Assembly: GCF_023055435.1 (NCBI RefSeq)
Contig: NW_025963779.1
Coordinates: forward strand, 16,368,001-16,432,000
DNA length: 64,000 nucleotides
Source: Haliotis rufescens
Taxonomy: Eukaryota
Reading direction: 5' to 3'
Positions 12,299-26,100 of the stretch are shown here, piece by piece; within the stretch, counting starts at the first letter, position 1; each line of letters opens with the position of its first letter. Under the pieces are notes generated by a model. It had not been told where the DNA came from. It ran no database searches and worked only from the letters and a program-made list of their open reading frames with translations. The translations under genes and the position numbers were made by a program.

Positions 12299-13846
12299 AA
12301 CTGACGTCCAAAAGAAACTTTACCAGTGTTTGAAATCACTCTTGCTCAAAAACAACAAAACATACATGCATGAAGTAAAGTGTATTGAGAAGATCAATAT
12401 ATCAACATAATCAACACTGAAAATGACAATCATACCGCGACCGAGAATGACGTTCAGAGCCCCCCAAAGTTGGGTGTGGTACAAAACTCGAGCTTTCAGA
12501 ATCATGGACAATAGGTAGAGTACATATTAAACAATCGCTCACTATCAATAACAAGTCATTAGTAGCGTGTGTGATCACCAAATGCCTCAATACACGCAAA
12601 AACTCTTCGATGATCAGAAAAAGTCAGTCGTCTGATGAGGTCATGTGGGATTTGACGCCATTCTTCTTGGAGGGTCAAGATCAGTTCTTGCCGGTTTGCT
12701 GGAAAGTGTGGTCGTTGTCGAACACGACGATCCATCAAGTCCCAGAGGTGTTCTATGGGGGACATGTCGGGTGAGCGTGCAGGCCACGGCAGGGCGTTGA
12801 CGTTGTTGGCTGCGAGGAAGTTTGTGACAATTCTGGCTGTATGGGCTCTAGCATTGTCATGCTGATAAATGACACCACGTGGCTGCTGTTGGAGTAATGG
12901 TAGGACAACTGGACGAAGAATGTTATCCATGTAACGCTGAGCTGTCGAGTTTCCGTCAACGATGGCCAGCGGTGTCCTTTCCTGCCCACAGATCCCTCCC
13001 CACACCATGACACTCCCTCCAACATATGGTACGACCTCCTGCACGCAACACGCCGCCGTTCGTTCACCCCTTCGGCGTTAAACACGTTGTCTTCCATCAG
13101 CCCGAAACATACAGAATCGACTTTCGTCAGTGAAGACAACCCCCTGCCAGTCACGTCGTTGCCTATGTCGTACAGTCCGGGCCCATCTCAATCGCAGACG
13201 ACTATGTTGCGCTGTCAATAGCTGTCCTCTGTATGGTCTAAAAGCCCTGATTCCATGAGCCCTGAGTCTCCTGGCCACTGTCTGTCGACTAACCCTGTGA
13301 CCTAAGGCATTTGTCGCCGATGACGTCACTGTCAGGAAGCGATTTCGGAGGTGCAAGGTACGCAAGTACCGGTCATCATGGGGCGTGGTCACCCTGGGTC
13401 TGCCTGTTCTTGACCTGTCGGCGGTCCGCCCTGTCTGTCTGTAACGTTGCATCAAGTTGGTAACGGCAACACGGGAGCAACCGAAGGTTCGTGCAATATG
13501 GGCGTGGGTGGCTCCTATCTCTACCATACCCAAGGCTCGTTCACGTTGTTCGACTGTGAGTCGTGGCATTTCTTTTGTGTTTTTTTTTATCACTGTGGAT
13601 GTCTGCCTTGCCGTTGCAATCGTTTTATACCCTTACCCGCACGTGCATTTGCAGTTGTCCGTGGTGCACATGTTTTTCACTTTTTCGCGTGTTATCTCGC
13701 CAACATGTAACAGACGATTAACATTTTCTTCATACACTATTGTTGTATTTAGGTTATGTGTTTTAGATAGACTGTATCGAAAAAAGATTTATACTTTGTC
13801 TGAAATTTATATTTTCAGTTGGTAAAGTTTCTTTTGGACGTCAGTT
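12299..13846 (-). mobile_element. Full-length Tc1-family DNA transposon (1548 bp)
   Basis: Perfect 27-bp TIRs AACTGACGTCCAAAAGAAACTTTACCA (12299-12325 and 13820-13846), with TA on both sides (12297-12298, 13847-13848). Confidence 0.95.
12559..13569 (-). pseudogene. Tc1 transposase, DD34E, with one in-frame stop
   Basis: MPRLTVEQRERALGM HTH region, GRPRVTT, FTDESRF, YQHDNARAH and SPDMSPIEHLW, with 34 residues between D and E. The two ORF-track pieces are in the same frame, split only by TAA at 13078-13080. Confidence 0.92.
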
Positions 13847-14342
13847 TACATGTCGGCTGTATGGACTTTTTCAATACTTTCTTGACATGTCATTCCCAAT
13901 ATTTTAGATGTATGTTATAATATAGGTGAAATTTAAGAGACAAATAGTTGGCACGCACAAAAAACGGGTATGTGGAGTAGGTTGTAGTTTTCACCGATTT
14001 ACCAAGAATATAGTTCATGTTTCATGAAAATAAATAAATATTTCGAGCGATGATACCACCATTCCGAAAAACAATACATTGGCTTGTTACTTCAAGGAAC
14101 TTCAGACAAGGATATACAAGTAACACAATCAAGTTGTCGCTGTAGGAAAATCACAATTTTTGAAAATGTCATAACATCATCTGCCAATAAAAGGATCATC
14201 AAATCTTGAATACTTTGCGTCCTTTGCTTTATGAATTGATCAAATCCATCATTTGTTGCCGTTAAATCAAACTTAAGATCACACGTTGCTTACATGTTAA
14301 CAATACTAGTATATGCAATTAACATGTACAAATATTATTGAG

Positions 14343-14508
14343 TGAGTGAGTGAGTTTGGTTTTACGCCGCTTTTAGCAATATTCCAGCAATATCACGGCG
14401 GGGGACACCAGAAATGGGCTTCACACATTGTACCCATGTCGGGATTCGAACCCGGGTCTTCGGCGTGACGAGCGAACGCTTTAACCACTAGGCTACCCGA
14501 CCGCCCCT
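14343..14508 (-). mobile_element. tRNA-derived SINE, family 1 (young copy)
   Basis: Reverse complement of GGGCGGTCGGGTAGCCTAGTGGTTAAAGCGTTCGCTCGTCACGCCGAAGACCCGGGTTCGA...AAAAGCGGCGTAAAACC(ACTC)n. TSD AAATATTATTGAG at 14330-14342 and 14509-14521. Confidence 0.9.
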
Positions 14509-15785
14509 AAATATTATTGAGGTTCTTATAGGTAATGTTAAAGATAAGCTTGTGGCAGGTGACAGTGGCAATTGAAATACGTCATCTTTGTTTCGTTGAT
14601 TTTCGGAACATAATCAAAATGAAAAGAATATGATAAGTTTATGCTTTTATAGTGAAGTGAAAACTTTAATCAATTTAACCATTCCTCCACTGCACACGGT
14701 ACCACTTCATTTGTCGAAATACATAATTAGTTTTCAGACTGTACGTATATTGCAATGTCCACCACAACAAGCAAAACATAATACTTTTTCTTTATCTTGA
14801 GTTCCTGTGTTTCCATTTGTTTCAATATACATGTACTCATCAGTATACACATGCGGTTGTTTCATGGACGAAACGTTTCCTGATGGGGGACGAGCCCTGT
14901 GAGGCTGACTGCGCAGTGTTCGGTCTTCTGTCATATTTCTACTGGCATTTCATGGGCACCAGGCATGAGAACAGTTTTAAGGGCAAGTACCTTTAGATGC
15001 ATCGTCAGTACTTCAAGAAATTGAAAATATTACGTTCCTCTGTCACCCGTGAAAACACACTGCCGATTTACGATGAAGCAGTGACGTATAGTTTTAGTTC
15101 ACTACCAATGTCAGATGAGCTCTACTCCGCTCATGAACCTCAGTGAACCCTACCAATTTCGAAGCAATGTTTAGAGCAGGTGAGCGGTAAAAGCATGGTA
15201 CATGTTGCGTGAGACATATTGCTGTTTTTGCAATGTCATCTTAGCGCTCGTTGGTCTGTGCACTCAACTTTCTTCTCGCTTGAACCAGGCTGTGTCATGA
15301 TTCGTATGTTTAAATTAGCGACTACCACGTCAATCGACAGTCTGTTTTAACGGGTGACGGGGAAACCTATAGTGTATACAATGCCTGTGCAGTATTGACG
15401 ATGCTTTAGCTATGAGTTCTTATGTAACTTTCTTTTTAAAGGTAGCAATATATCACATTTTGTGCACACAGGTGCGTCTTGTATCAACATCGATTAAGGA
15501 CCGACCACTTGATATTTCCTGACCGGGTGTGTGGCGAGAGGTTTGAGGGGTTGCCGATATTTTGAAAAAAGATTTTAAATGGTGTGTCCCTCAGTTTACA
15601 GTACACAGTAAGATGGTTTCTTCCTTCGTTTATGTCATACCAATCTTATTATAGACAGCACCCTGTCAATGCATGTGTAGTCATGCAATGTGCAGCACCA
15701 ATCTCATGGCATTTCAGGATACTAGCAACATAATATTCACAATGTACTGCTACCCTCTTGTCACCACATCTGCATTAACATAAGC

Positions 15786-16140
15786 GTTGTGCATGCACGT
15801 GTGTGTGTGTATGTGTGACTGCTTGTACTAGTCCGGATGTCCGTTGTGCATGCACGTGTGTGTGTGTATGTGTGACTGCTTGTACTAGTCCGGACTGATG
15901 CCTATTTATAGTGCTAGCTCACTGAGATATCATGCCGCAGTTTAACATGAATACCCCACTCAGACACAGTATACTGACTCCGAGCCGACCATTCCTTGTT
16001 TTAGCCCCCTAATGCCGAGCGCCAGACAGGGTCACAACAAGTACCATCTTTTAACGTCTTTTGGTATGACGCGTTCGGGGATCGAACCCCGGACCTTCCG
16101 CTCTCCGGGCGGACGCTCTACCACTAGGTCCGGAGGCGGT
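15786..16140 (-). mobile_element. tRNA-derived SINE, family 3
   Basis: Reverse complement of the 20484-20834 element, with an internal tandem duplication of about 56 bp near 15786-15895. Confidence 0.85.
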
Positions 16141-17027
16141 TTAAATATTTTAGATTGTGATATAACTGTCATCGTATGCACGCAGCTGTGTGATCGTCAT
16201 TAGTGACTTCTCATTAATTGTAGCTTGTTTTCAACACATCATAAACGTTGATAACAGTATTAATTCACCTTCCAATCTCAAGATATTTCAACTATTAGAT
16301 GTGATATTTGGTATTCTATTTCAGTTCTCAATTTAATGTTCTGAATGTTCTACACATAGTTTGCGTATGTTATAGTTTGTTGTTAATTATTGGTTGATTA
16401 TAACCTTTTCCCCCGTAGACAAATACCCCAACCTGGCCGCCTACTGTGAACATATGAAGGAAACATTCTGGCCCGACTGGGACCAGTGCATCACACACGG
16501 GGGAACAAGGGAGGCAACCAAGTAGTGACTACAGATTCCGTCCTTTTCCAAGCGGGTTTAGCTTCATATGATGTGTTGCTATGATACCTATTCAAACAAA
16601 GCCAAATAGAACGTATATGGATCATACGTGACTGATAATGATTATCAACTTGTTTAATGACCCCTTCGAGTCGAACTCAACTTCACAGGCATTATTGCAC
16701 AAAGCCCTGTTGCACAAAACGATCGCTACACTGAGACTATTGTAACTACTGTACTTTATCATAGACACAATGATTGTAGCGCTAAGCACACTGAGTGCAA
16801 TGAGGTCCCGAGTAAAACTGAAAGTATAAATTATATAACATATTTTCCTCCAAACAATCGCGCGTACAGATAAGATTTCATGAGTTTAGTTTAATTAAAC
16901 TGAACTATCTGTCGGGGTTGGATGTAGTATGTACCCAACAAATATGTTTACCAGCAGGAGCTTTAAACACGTGTATTCTATGCATTTGCCACATGCATTT
17001 CAACTTTCCATGCCTCTCCTCACAAGT

Positions 17028-17188
17028 GGGTCGGTCGGGTAGCCTAGTGGTTAAAGCGTTCGCTCGTCACGCCGAAGACCCGGGTTCGATTTCCGACATG
17101 GGTACAATGTGTGAAGCCCATTTCTGGTGTCCCCCGCCGTGATATTGCTGGAATATTGCTAAAAGCAGCGTAAAACCATACTCACTCA
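17028..17188 (+). mobile_element. tRNA-derived SINE, family 1
   Basis: TSD CTCTCCTCACAAGT at 17014-17027 and 17189-17202. The paralogous site near 27225 is empty. Confidence 0.9.
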
Positions 17189-18917
17189 CTCTCCTCACAA
17201 GTTGTTTCGCTTTTGGATTTCACAATCCTAGTAAGTAATATTCGTTAACTCGCATAGCGATGATGTATTATGATAATACACTGTTCCTTGTGCATATGTG
17301 TGAATGAATGAGTATTGTGTAACAGTATTTCAGTTATATCACTTTACGTCAGCTTAATGTGGGAGGAAAGTCCGAAGTGGTTCAGGTCTAGAAAATTAAA
17401 CCTTGTATGAAATTATGAATGGGGTCATGGTGCTGGTAAAATATATAACCTGGAACCATATCAGGGCGAACATGGGATTCGAACCAACGATCACATTGAT
17501 GCTTTATTTGTGTTCCCCTTCTGATATAGGATTGCGGTAAAAGCTTTGATGATAATCCATACTCGCCTATCCAGAAATATGGTCGATTTATGTCTGTAAC
17601 ATGCATCGTGTGTGTTCATGACATATATAAATTTATTTAAAATATAATGATTTGGTTTTCAACATACGTCAAAGGGGGCATTGAGACAATAGAGTGTGAT
17701 CTTTTAAGTAACTATCGCTGAGTTTAGTATAAACATATTTGTTTGAAATATTTCTTAGATGTCCAAAATTCCACCCCCACCCTCACCTTACGTACGTTTA
17801 CATGTACATAAGCAATTCCTAATTATTAGAATACTATGTATTTGATGTTTTCCATAGGTTTCCAAGTAAAGGTTGTATAATTAAATATTTTTTAGAATAC
17901 TATGTATTTAAGCGTTTCCTTGTGTTTCCAAGTAAAATTACCGCGAAAGATGTCCCAGTATATATATGCTTTGCTATGCTCTTGTAGCATCCTGGAATAT
18001 ACTGAGATTTCATGAATATGTCAAGCTTCAAACAGTTTAGAGTAAACAAAACTAAACATACTGACGAAGTTCACCTTTTCACTCTATGCACTACTGCCTT
18101 ATCATCAGAATTAGAGGCGATGGGAAGCCATGTGGTTAAAGCATTCGCTCGTCACGCCGACGACACGGGTTCGATTCCCCACATGGGTCTAATGTGTGAA
18201 GCTCTTTTCTGGTGTCCAGCGGTGTTATATTGCTGGAATATTGCTAAAAGCGGCATAAAACCATGCTCACTCACTTGAAAGCTTATATGGGAGTAGGGCA
18301 AAAGGGGACTCTACTTGCATATGCAATGTAGAGTGAGCTGCTGACATTTATTGAAAAGGGTTTAGATTGCATTTATTACTTGTATTCATGTCATGTTTTC
18401 ATACTTGTGTTTATATCGTCTCCAGAAATAGAGACTTGAAACAGAGCTGCAACTTGTTTCCTGGCAAATGTGTAAATTTAGCCCAGTTGAAAAAGGGCAT
18501 GTAAAAGATTTCTTCAAGTTGCACCTATAAAGGCAGTCGTCACAGGTATATGTGACACCAGTGTTGCAGATATTATGTTGAAAGAAATTGTATCAATTGT
18601 TCGAATTTGTTGACGTGACAAACATTTTAAAAACAATCATCCGTTTTAATGCATTTTTCTGGAGTTATTAATCTTGTATACACAAGTAAATAGGTTGATT
18701 ACAAACATGCCAATTAGGAAAGCGTGCGTCATGTGTTCGATACGAATAAAAGCACACACGTAAAACTGCAGTAATGATTTGTCAAACCACGCCTTGTTAT
18801 CATTAAACTGTGACTCAAATGACCTAAGTTCAATCTTCAAGTATTTATTCCATTTTGCAAATGGCGACAGAGCCTCCTGTTCGACTAAATCATGCGGAGA
18901 TTGCATGGGATGATGGA

Positions 18918-19400
18918 AAATATCGCTTTCTCGCTTTCTTACATTCTCGCTTTTTCACTTTCATGTTTTCTCGCTCTATCGCTTTCCCGACCTATCGCTA
19001 TCTTGCTCTATCGCTTTTCTGCTATATCGCTTTATCTGTATCGCAGTCTTATATTATCGCTTTCTCGCTCTATCACATTCTCGCTTTCTCGTATTGCTTT
19101 CTCGCTCTATTGCTTTCTCGCTCTGTCGCTTTCTTGCTATATCACTTTCTCACTCTATCGCTTTGTCGTCTCATTTCATCGCTTTCTCGCTCTATCACAT
19201 TCTCGCTTTTGTCGTATTGCTGTATCGCTTTCTCGCTTTCTTACTTCCTCGCTCTATCGCTTTCTCGCTCTATCACTTTCATGCTTTCTTGCTCTATCGT
19301 TTTCTCGCTCTATTGCTCTTTGTCTCGTGTTATCATTTTCCTGTCTCGTTATCGCTTTATCGTTTTCTCACGGCCGTAATTAACAGCGAGAAAGCGATGT
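18918..19400. repeat. Degenerate (TCGCTTTC/TCGCTCTA)n array closed by an inverted copy; probable MITE with internal satellite
   Basis: Pyrimidine-rich 8/16-mer degenerate repeats. ATCGCTTTCTCGCT at the left end is mirrored by AGCGAGAAAGCGAT at 19385-19398. Confidence 0.65.
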
Positions 19401-20137
19401 CCCCTCTCGGCCACCACAGGAAATATGGTATATATAGTCATGTAATAAAAGAATGGACTCTGTGCCCCCCTTAGTTACAGGTAGAGCAGAAAACGTTATC
19501 GGTTTGTTGTGCAAGACAGGTCTACTTCCATAGACCGGGTGACAAATATCACGTATAGCCTCACTTCACACGCAGTCCCGGGTCACGGTGCCCTAACAGG
19601 AGAGGACTCTTTCAACGCCGTCCTGCGAGGTAAATGTGCTTGTCTGACCGGTGTTCGCCGAAATTATACCCTATGCTATACAGCCCATATGCTGCAGGTA
19701 ATGATTCTATAATATTGGAGCTAAATTGGGATTCCAAGTTAGTGTAGATTACCAGTAATCTAAGCTTGTCATGAGAGGAGACTAAGTTGATCGGACGGTC
19801 AAGCTCAGTGACTGGGTTGATATAATTTTCAAGCGTGGATCGATGTTTATGATAATAATCACTGGATTGTCTTGTCCAGACTCGATTATTTGCAGACCGC
19901 CGTCATATAGCTGTACCATTGCTGAGTGCGGCGTTAAACAGCCAACAAACAAAACACATGTCTTTCTGCACACTCTCTACAACTGATTTTGATTTGGTGT
20001 TCTAGAAACTACAAACCAAGTATTACTTCTGCTTAACAGTTATTACCCTTTTCAACATGGTCTGGGTGTTACTCAGGTCAACCCGATAACAGCGCACTGC
20101 ACAGTGACTTGCACATTAGGCTAGCAGATCACCAGCA

Positions 20138-23100
20138 ATGGAGACTCTCGTGGATGCCTTCAACGACCTGGACACATCACAGAAAGTATATGCTGTCGGA
20201 GGCGTTGTGGTAGCTGTAGGGTCGGTCGTCGCTCTCAGGAAACTGTTTTTCAAGTAAGTTGTGTCGTATGAAATGTCTTCATTTGCACGATCAAAGATAT
20301 TCGTGTGCCAACTAACAGCTTCACGTTCCTAAGCTTGAGTGATGATTTTTATGTGTTCCAGGAAGGACAGACGAAGAGGTGTGAATGTAAATAATTTAGC
20401 ATCTGCAAACAGAAGTTTTGGCTGTTAATTGCATTATGCACAGAGAAATATACACTATACAGCGCAATCACCATAAACATAGTGACCGCCTCCGTGGTCT
20501 AGTGGTAGAGCGTCCGCCCGGAGAGCGGAAGGTCCGGGGTTCGATCCCCGAACGCGTCATACCAAAAGACGTTAAAAGATGGTACTTGTTGTTACCCTGT
20601 CTGGCGCTCGGCATTAAGGGGCTAAAACAAGGACTGGTCGGCTGGGAGTCAGTATACTGTGTCTGAGTGGGGTATTCATGTTAAACTGCGGCATGATATC
20701 TCAGTGAGCTCGCACTATAAATCGGCATCAGTCCGGACTAGTACAAGCAGCCACACAAACACACATACGTACATGCCGTCGCTATATAAGTGCAATAATC
20801 TTGGACGCGACGTTAAACCCCATTTCACCTCACCTCACCATAAACATAGTAACTGATTGTCTAATTGACCTTACCAACATGCTGTTTTAAGGTTTATGTC
20901 AACGACATCTGACAATTTCGAAAATACAATCACCAGCTATATATTGATCCGTTATGATATTGTACAGAGAGGCAAAAGCAAAGAAGAACTATCCCCGAGA
21001 TACAGTGATCTTTCATCAGATCGGTAGAGGTCTCTATGCCCCAAGCTTGTCGCCATTTGTTATGAAGCTTGAGACCTATCTCCGGATGGCCAAAATACCC
21101 TACCAGGTAGGAGAGTGTGTGAGTGAATGAGCGTTGTTTCAATCCGCAGTCTGCATTAATCCATGTATGTCCTGGAAGTTAAACTATTGACTACAGGTGC
21201 AAGAATTCACGTCCCCGTTGCACAATAACATAGTTTAAGCTAACTGACAAATTATAGCAATAACCACGAATTGCATTTTACAAAAATCACGAGGAACTTT
21301 GAGTCTAACCCCTCGACAAAATGCCCATTTCCCTTCCTTGATCTCTTACAATCCATGCCAGGTACCACTAAAAGATAATTAAGAGCTATACAGTAATGCA
21401 AATTATTTTGTACTGGTTCTACATTTGATCTGTGATCTTCCACACCGAACGTCAATGAGATGCATATGTCATCTAGACGCATGGTCCCCTCTCTAGTAAC
21501 ATTTGCATTGGTTCGTTCGTTGCAAATGTCTTCACAATCCTAGCCTGACGATACCAAAATTTCAATAAACTGCATCGAATCCAGTATATCATACACGTTA
21601 TGTCATACATGATGATTTTTAATTTGCTTTGTGGTCTTTCACTCAGAACGTCCATGGGTTGGTGCCATCATCAAAGGGCAAATTCCCCTGGATGGAGTAC
21701 AATGGGCAGGAGGTAGCGGACACAACACTGTGTATCAACTTCCTCAACGAGAAGCTGGGGGTGGACCTCAACAGGAATCTGAGTCCTGCTGACAGAGGTG
21801 TAGCTCAGGCAATGCAGGTCATGGCGGAAGAACATCTGTTCTGGTGAAAAGACATTTAGTGCTCTTCCGTAAACGAAACCACAAGGCCCATGAGGCAAAC
21901 ACTTTGCAAGCCTTTGAATAATCCTATCTGCAGTATCTCCAAAAGGTTTATACAATTCTGTTCGAATTCTGATAATGCTCATCCCAGCAGCTTTAGTTAA
22001 GTCGAAGATGCCAGTGTCTACATACATGGATCACTATAAAATTTAATATGAGGAAAATAAGTTCATATTTTTTGCGTATGTTAATAGTTTTGACCAGTCT
22101 AGCAACGGTGACGCTGAAATCAAATGATGGAAAAATCCAAGGATCATAATCAGGGCAAATCGGGGATTCGAAACCACAATGGGTGGATCCTACTGCTATA
22201 AGATGGCACTTATAGGTGGATCCTACTGCTATAAGATGGCACTTATGGGTGGATCCTACTGCTATAAGATGGCACTTATAGGTGGATCCTACTGCTACAA
22301 GATGGCACTTATAGGTGGATCCTACTGCTATAAGGTGGTACTTGTTACCCTGCTTGACGCTCGGCATAAAGGGTATAAAACAAAGACTGGTCTGTTAAGA
22401 GTTCATATACTGTGTGTGGGTGTTCATGTTAAAATGTGGCATGATATACCAAGTTTCATATAAGGACTCGTACTAGCACACACGTGTGCCTGCACATTCC
22501 TATGTGATCTAAATATCTTGAACGCGACGTTAAACCCCAGTTCACCGCACATGACCTTCTCTAAGATTATCTACGTGTATCTACATATACAATTTCTATT
22601 TTATTTTACTGAAAATTTAAGCATACGTGTTTGGATAACACTATCGTTTCAGGTTTATCGTTCTCTTCCGATGGCAATTTGACAACGACAAATCTTTGAT
22701 ATTAAAGACATTTAAGTTCGGGAGATTTGCGACGTGGATGGTTGGACGAAATCTCAAAAACCAACTATGGAATCAGGGTTTGGGCCGACACACAGAAGCG
22801 GAGATAACTTGGATGTTTAAGAAGGATCTACAATCCCTCTCCGACTTCATAGGTATGCAGATGCTTGACGTATATGTGCAATTAATACGTTTTATAGGTT
22901 CATTTAAGTCTATTTCAGTTAAATTGGTATGCTCCAATAGGCGTATATGGTAATGATAAATCATTGCCAGTCAGAGGTTTGAAAATTAAAAAATTGTTTA
23001 GATTTAGTACTTTATATTTCTTCTTGTATTTAATCTTGACAGTGGGGAGCGCAAGGCGATGTGCCTTGCAACTGTCGTTTGACTTACCTGGTATATTTAG

Positions 23101-26100
23101 ATCTCTAAACTACCACACCATTTGTAACAAACAGTAGGTACCAGTAGTTTGTTTAAAAAATAACTTCATATATTAACAGTCTGAATCGCATGCATATACA
23201 CGCCGTTTAAAATAATTTAAATAAAATAAATGATTCAAATTGCGATGTATACTAGCAGTGTATTTAGTAGTATGGCCACTACCTCCCGATTCTCCACTGT
23301 GTAATAACCAAACTTTTGGATTCGAAACCACAATGGGTGGATCCTACTGCTACAAGATGGCACTTATAGGTGGATCCTACTGCTATAAGGTGGTACTTGT
23401 TACCCTGCTTGACGCTTGGCATAAAGGGTATAAAACAAAGACTGGTCTGTTAAGAGTTCATATACTGTGTGTGGGTGTTCATGTTAAAATGTGGCATGAT
23501 ATACCAAGTTTCATATAAGGACTCGTACTAGCACACACGTGTGCCTGCACATTCCTATGTGATCTAAATATCTTGAACGCGACGTGTAATAACCAAACTT
23601 TTGGAAAGTATGAATCTTCAGATATTACCATTCCAGAATGATTTTATCCTCAAAGATAATTTTAGAACAGAAATGACTCCTCTTTCCTGAAAGATATTTT
23701 TTTGTCAAGAAAGAGTCAATAAGGATGCAAAAGTTAATTCTAATCGCAGATCGTTTTCAATTTATGTTCGAATTTTGTGTACTATGTACATTTAGCAAAT
23801 GGGGAGCGTGAACTATAGGTCTGTCAGGGTGATTAATAAGGTAGAAAGAGTGACTGTGTAGTGGAGACTGTACGTGACATAACATATATGATGTTGATTC
23901 TGCGGAATCAGTGAAGAAGCCAGTAGATGCTCACAAACATAAACAATCCAAACGGTTTGACAAGGATAGTGTTCTAACTTCATAGATTTTCGAAAGGCAT
24001 TCGGACAGTGAGACGAGGGGCTTTTTCATGGGAAATAGTCAATTCTATTTGAATAAGAGGTAAACTTTATAGAAATGTCGGAATTATCAGGTCTTGATGT
24101 GAACAGAATAAACCTGGAGTGGATGTATTAAGGAGGTATGTAGACTAACCAACAAGGAAAAATGGTCCCATAAATCTCAATTGCTCGATATCGTACAACA
24201 TATTCAAATTATTATCAAATAGAAAATGGACATATATCAGCATTTAAGCCTTATTTACAAGTCATTTATTTACTCGGACCTAATTATGCAATTTTGAGTG
24301 AATATTGGCGATAGCCACTGCATATTAGTACCCCAAAGAAGGTTATACATATTGGCTTAAACTTGCTTTGTTGTCAGGCCAAAGATATGTAAAGCTAAGC
24401 AATAATATGTTGCACTACTATGATGAGTGCGGTAAGCTTAATTGGGTTTCACATGTAAAACAACTTTTTTGTACACATGGTTTTATGATAGTGTGGCCCA
24501 GTCAAGATGAGGAAAACAGAAGCCAATTTATTTATAAATAAATTTACTTAAAGATTGAGCGTTAAATTTATAGCAGAATGGTATGCTAGAATCAACAACA
24601 GCCCCAAAACGTCGAAGTCACAGACAATTCAAAACTATTATTTAAACTGAATTATACTTAACTACTTTAGACTTGCAGAAATATAAGTCTATATGTCATA
24701 TACATTAGATGTGGTTTATTACCCCTAGAAATTGAAAAGGGCAGAACTGAAATTATACCGGTTGAAGAAAGAGTCTGTAAACTAATTCATTCAAACCAAG
24801 TGGAATGAGAAAAAAGTTAGAATGTGTAATTGCGAAGAATTTGTCAATACTTTCTTAATATTTCATTCCCCATATTTCAAATGCAAATTATTATGTAGGT
24901 GAAATTTTAAGAGTCAAACATTTTGGGCGTAGAAAACGGGTAAATGTTTATACTGTTGAAATTGATTACAAATTTGAATAGGGGCCTTTTCCAGCTTGAG
25001 TGGAACGATATGTCCACGTCTTTGTCCACTTCAACGTCTATGAAAAAGTAACATTTGTAGTAGGTTGTAGTTTTTACCGGTTCACCAAGAATAGTCCATG
25101 CTTCATGTCGAGCGATGATACATACCACCTTTCCGAAAAATAATTACATTTATTTTCCAAATTTACTTCAAGTCTACACTTCTTACAAAGGATGTAACAC
25201 AATCTCGTTGTCGCTGTTGGCCTATCACAGAATATTAAAATGTCACAATATCGTCTGTCAATTAAAGGAGCATCAAATCTTAATACTTTGTGTCCTTTGC
25301 TATTACGAATTGATCAAATCCATCCTTTTCCGTCGTTTTATTAGAAACATGATCACATGTTACATACATGTAACCAATATAAGTATATGCAATTAAAACA
25401 TGTTGTGGGAGGTGGCAGTGGCAATTTAATTAAGTCATCTTTGTGTTGTTGTTTTCGGGAATATAATCAATATCAAAAGAAAACAAGAGAGAATTGTGTA
25501 CTTTTGCTTTATTTTGTACTTTTCCTGTGTTTCCATTTGTTTCAATATATCAAGTCCACATGTTGGATTGTTCCAGGGACGAAGAAGTTCCTGATGGGGG
25601 ACGAGCCCTGTGAGACGGACTGCACAGTGTTCGGTCAGCTGTCATATATCTACTGGCAGTTCATGGGCACCAGGCATGAGAACATCATTAAGGGCAAGTA
25701 CCTTCAGATGCATCCTCAGTACTAACGGGGTTTGAAAACATAACGGTCTTCCTTCACTTGATATTTACAATGGAGGGGTGTTTGGGGCATTGCTTAGAGT
25801 TTGAACAAGATATTAAATGGTATGTCCTTTAGTGTACAGTGCACATTAAAAAGTTTTCGTCCTTTGTTTATGTCACAACAATCTCATTATAGATAGCATT
25901 ATGTCAATGCAGGCGTTACTGTGTACTGCTGCAAATGTGCTGTACAAATCTCATGACATTGCAAGATACTGATAACATGCACAATGTACAGCTACGTTTT
26001 TGTTGGGCATACAGTTCTCATTAATTGTAACCTGCTGTTAACACATATACGTATATAACAGACGAGATGTTAACCCTTATATCAGGCCCAAGTTTTCAAA

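Larger units (their letters stand above)
11478..16525 (+). pseudogene. Partial FAXC-like copy 2 (exons 4-6 only)
   Basis: Exon 4 at 11478-11677 (open, intact AG/GT), exon 5 at 14866-14982 (open, but acceptor AG changed to AT at 14864-14865) and exon 6 at 16419-16525 (open). No exons 1-3 were found between 9930 and 11478. A Tc1 is inserted in intron 4. Confidence 0.8.

Noticed and set aside
17028-17110. tRNA gene
   Set aside because: The tRNA-like head runs into a SINE body, tail and TSD, and many dispersed copies exist. The same applies to families 2 and 3.
18855-19474. Three overlapping S/L/F/R-rich ORFs
   Set aside because: Low-complexity repeat lacking stops in all three frames.
22182-22345. 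33-bp repeat as a CRISPR array or GGSYCYKMALI peptide
   Set aside because: Head-to-tail with no spacers, intronic, and with no splice support.
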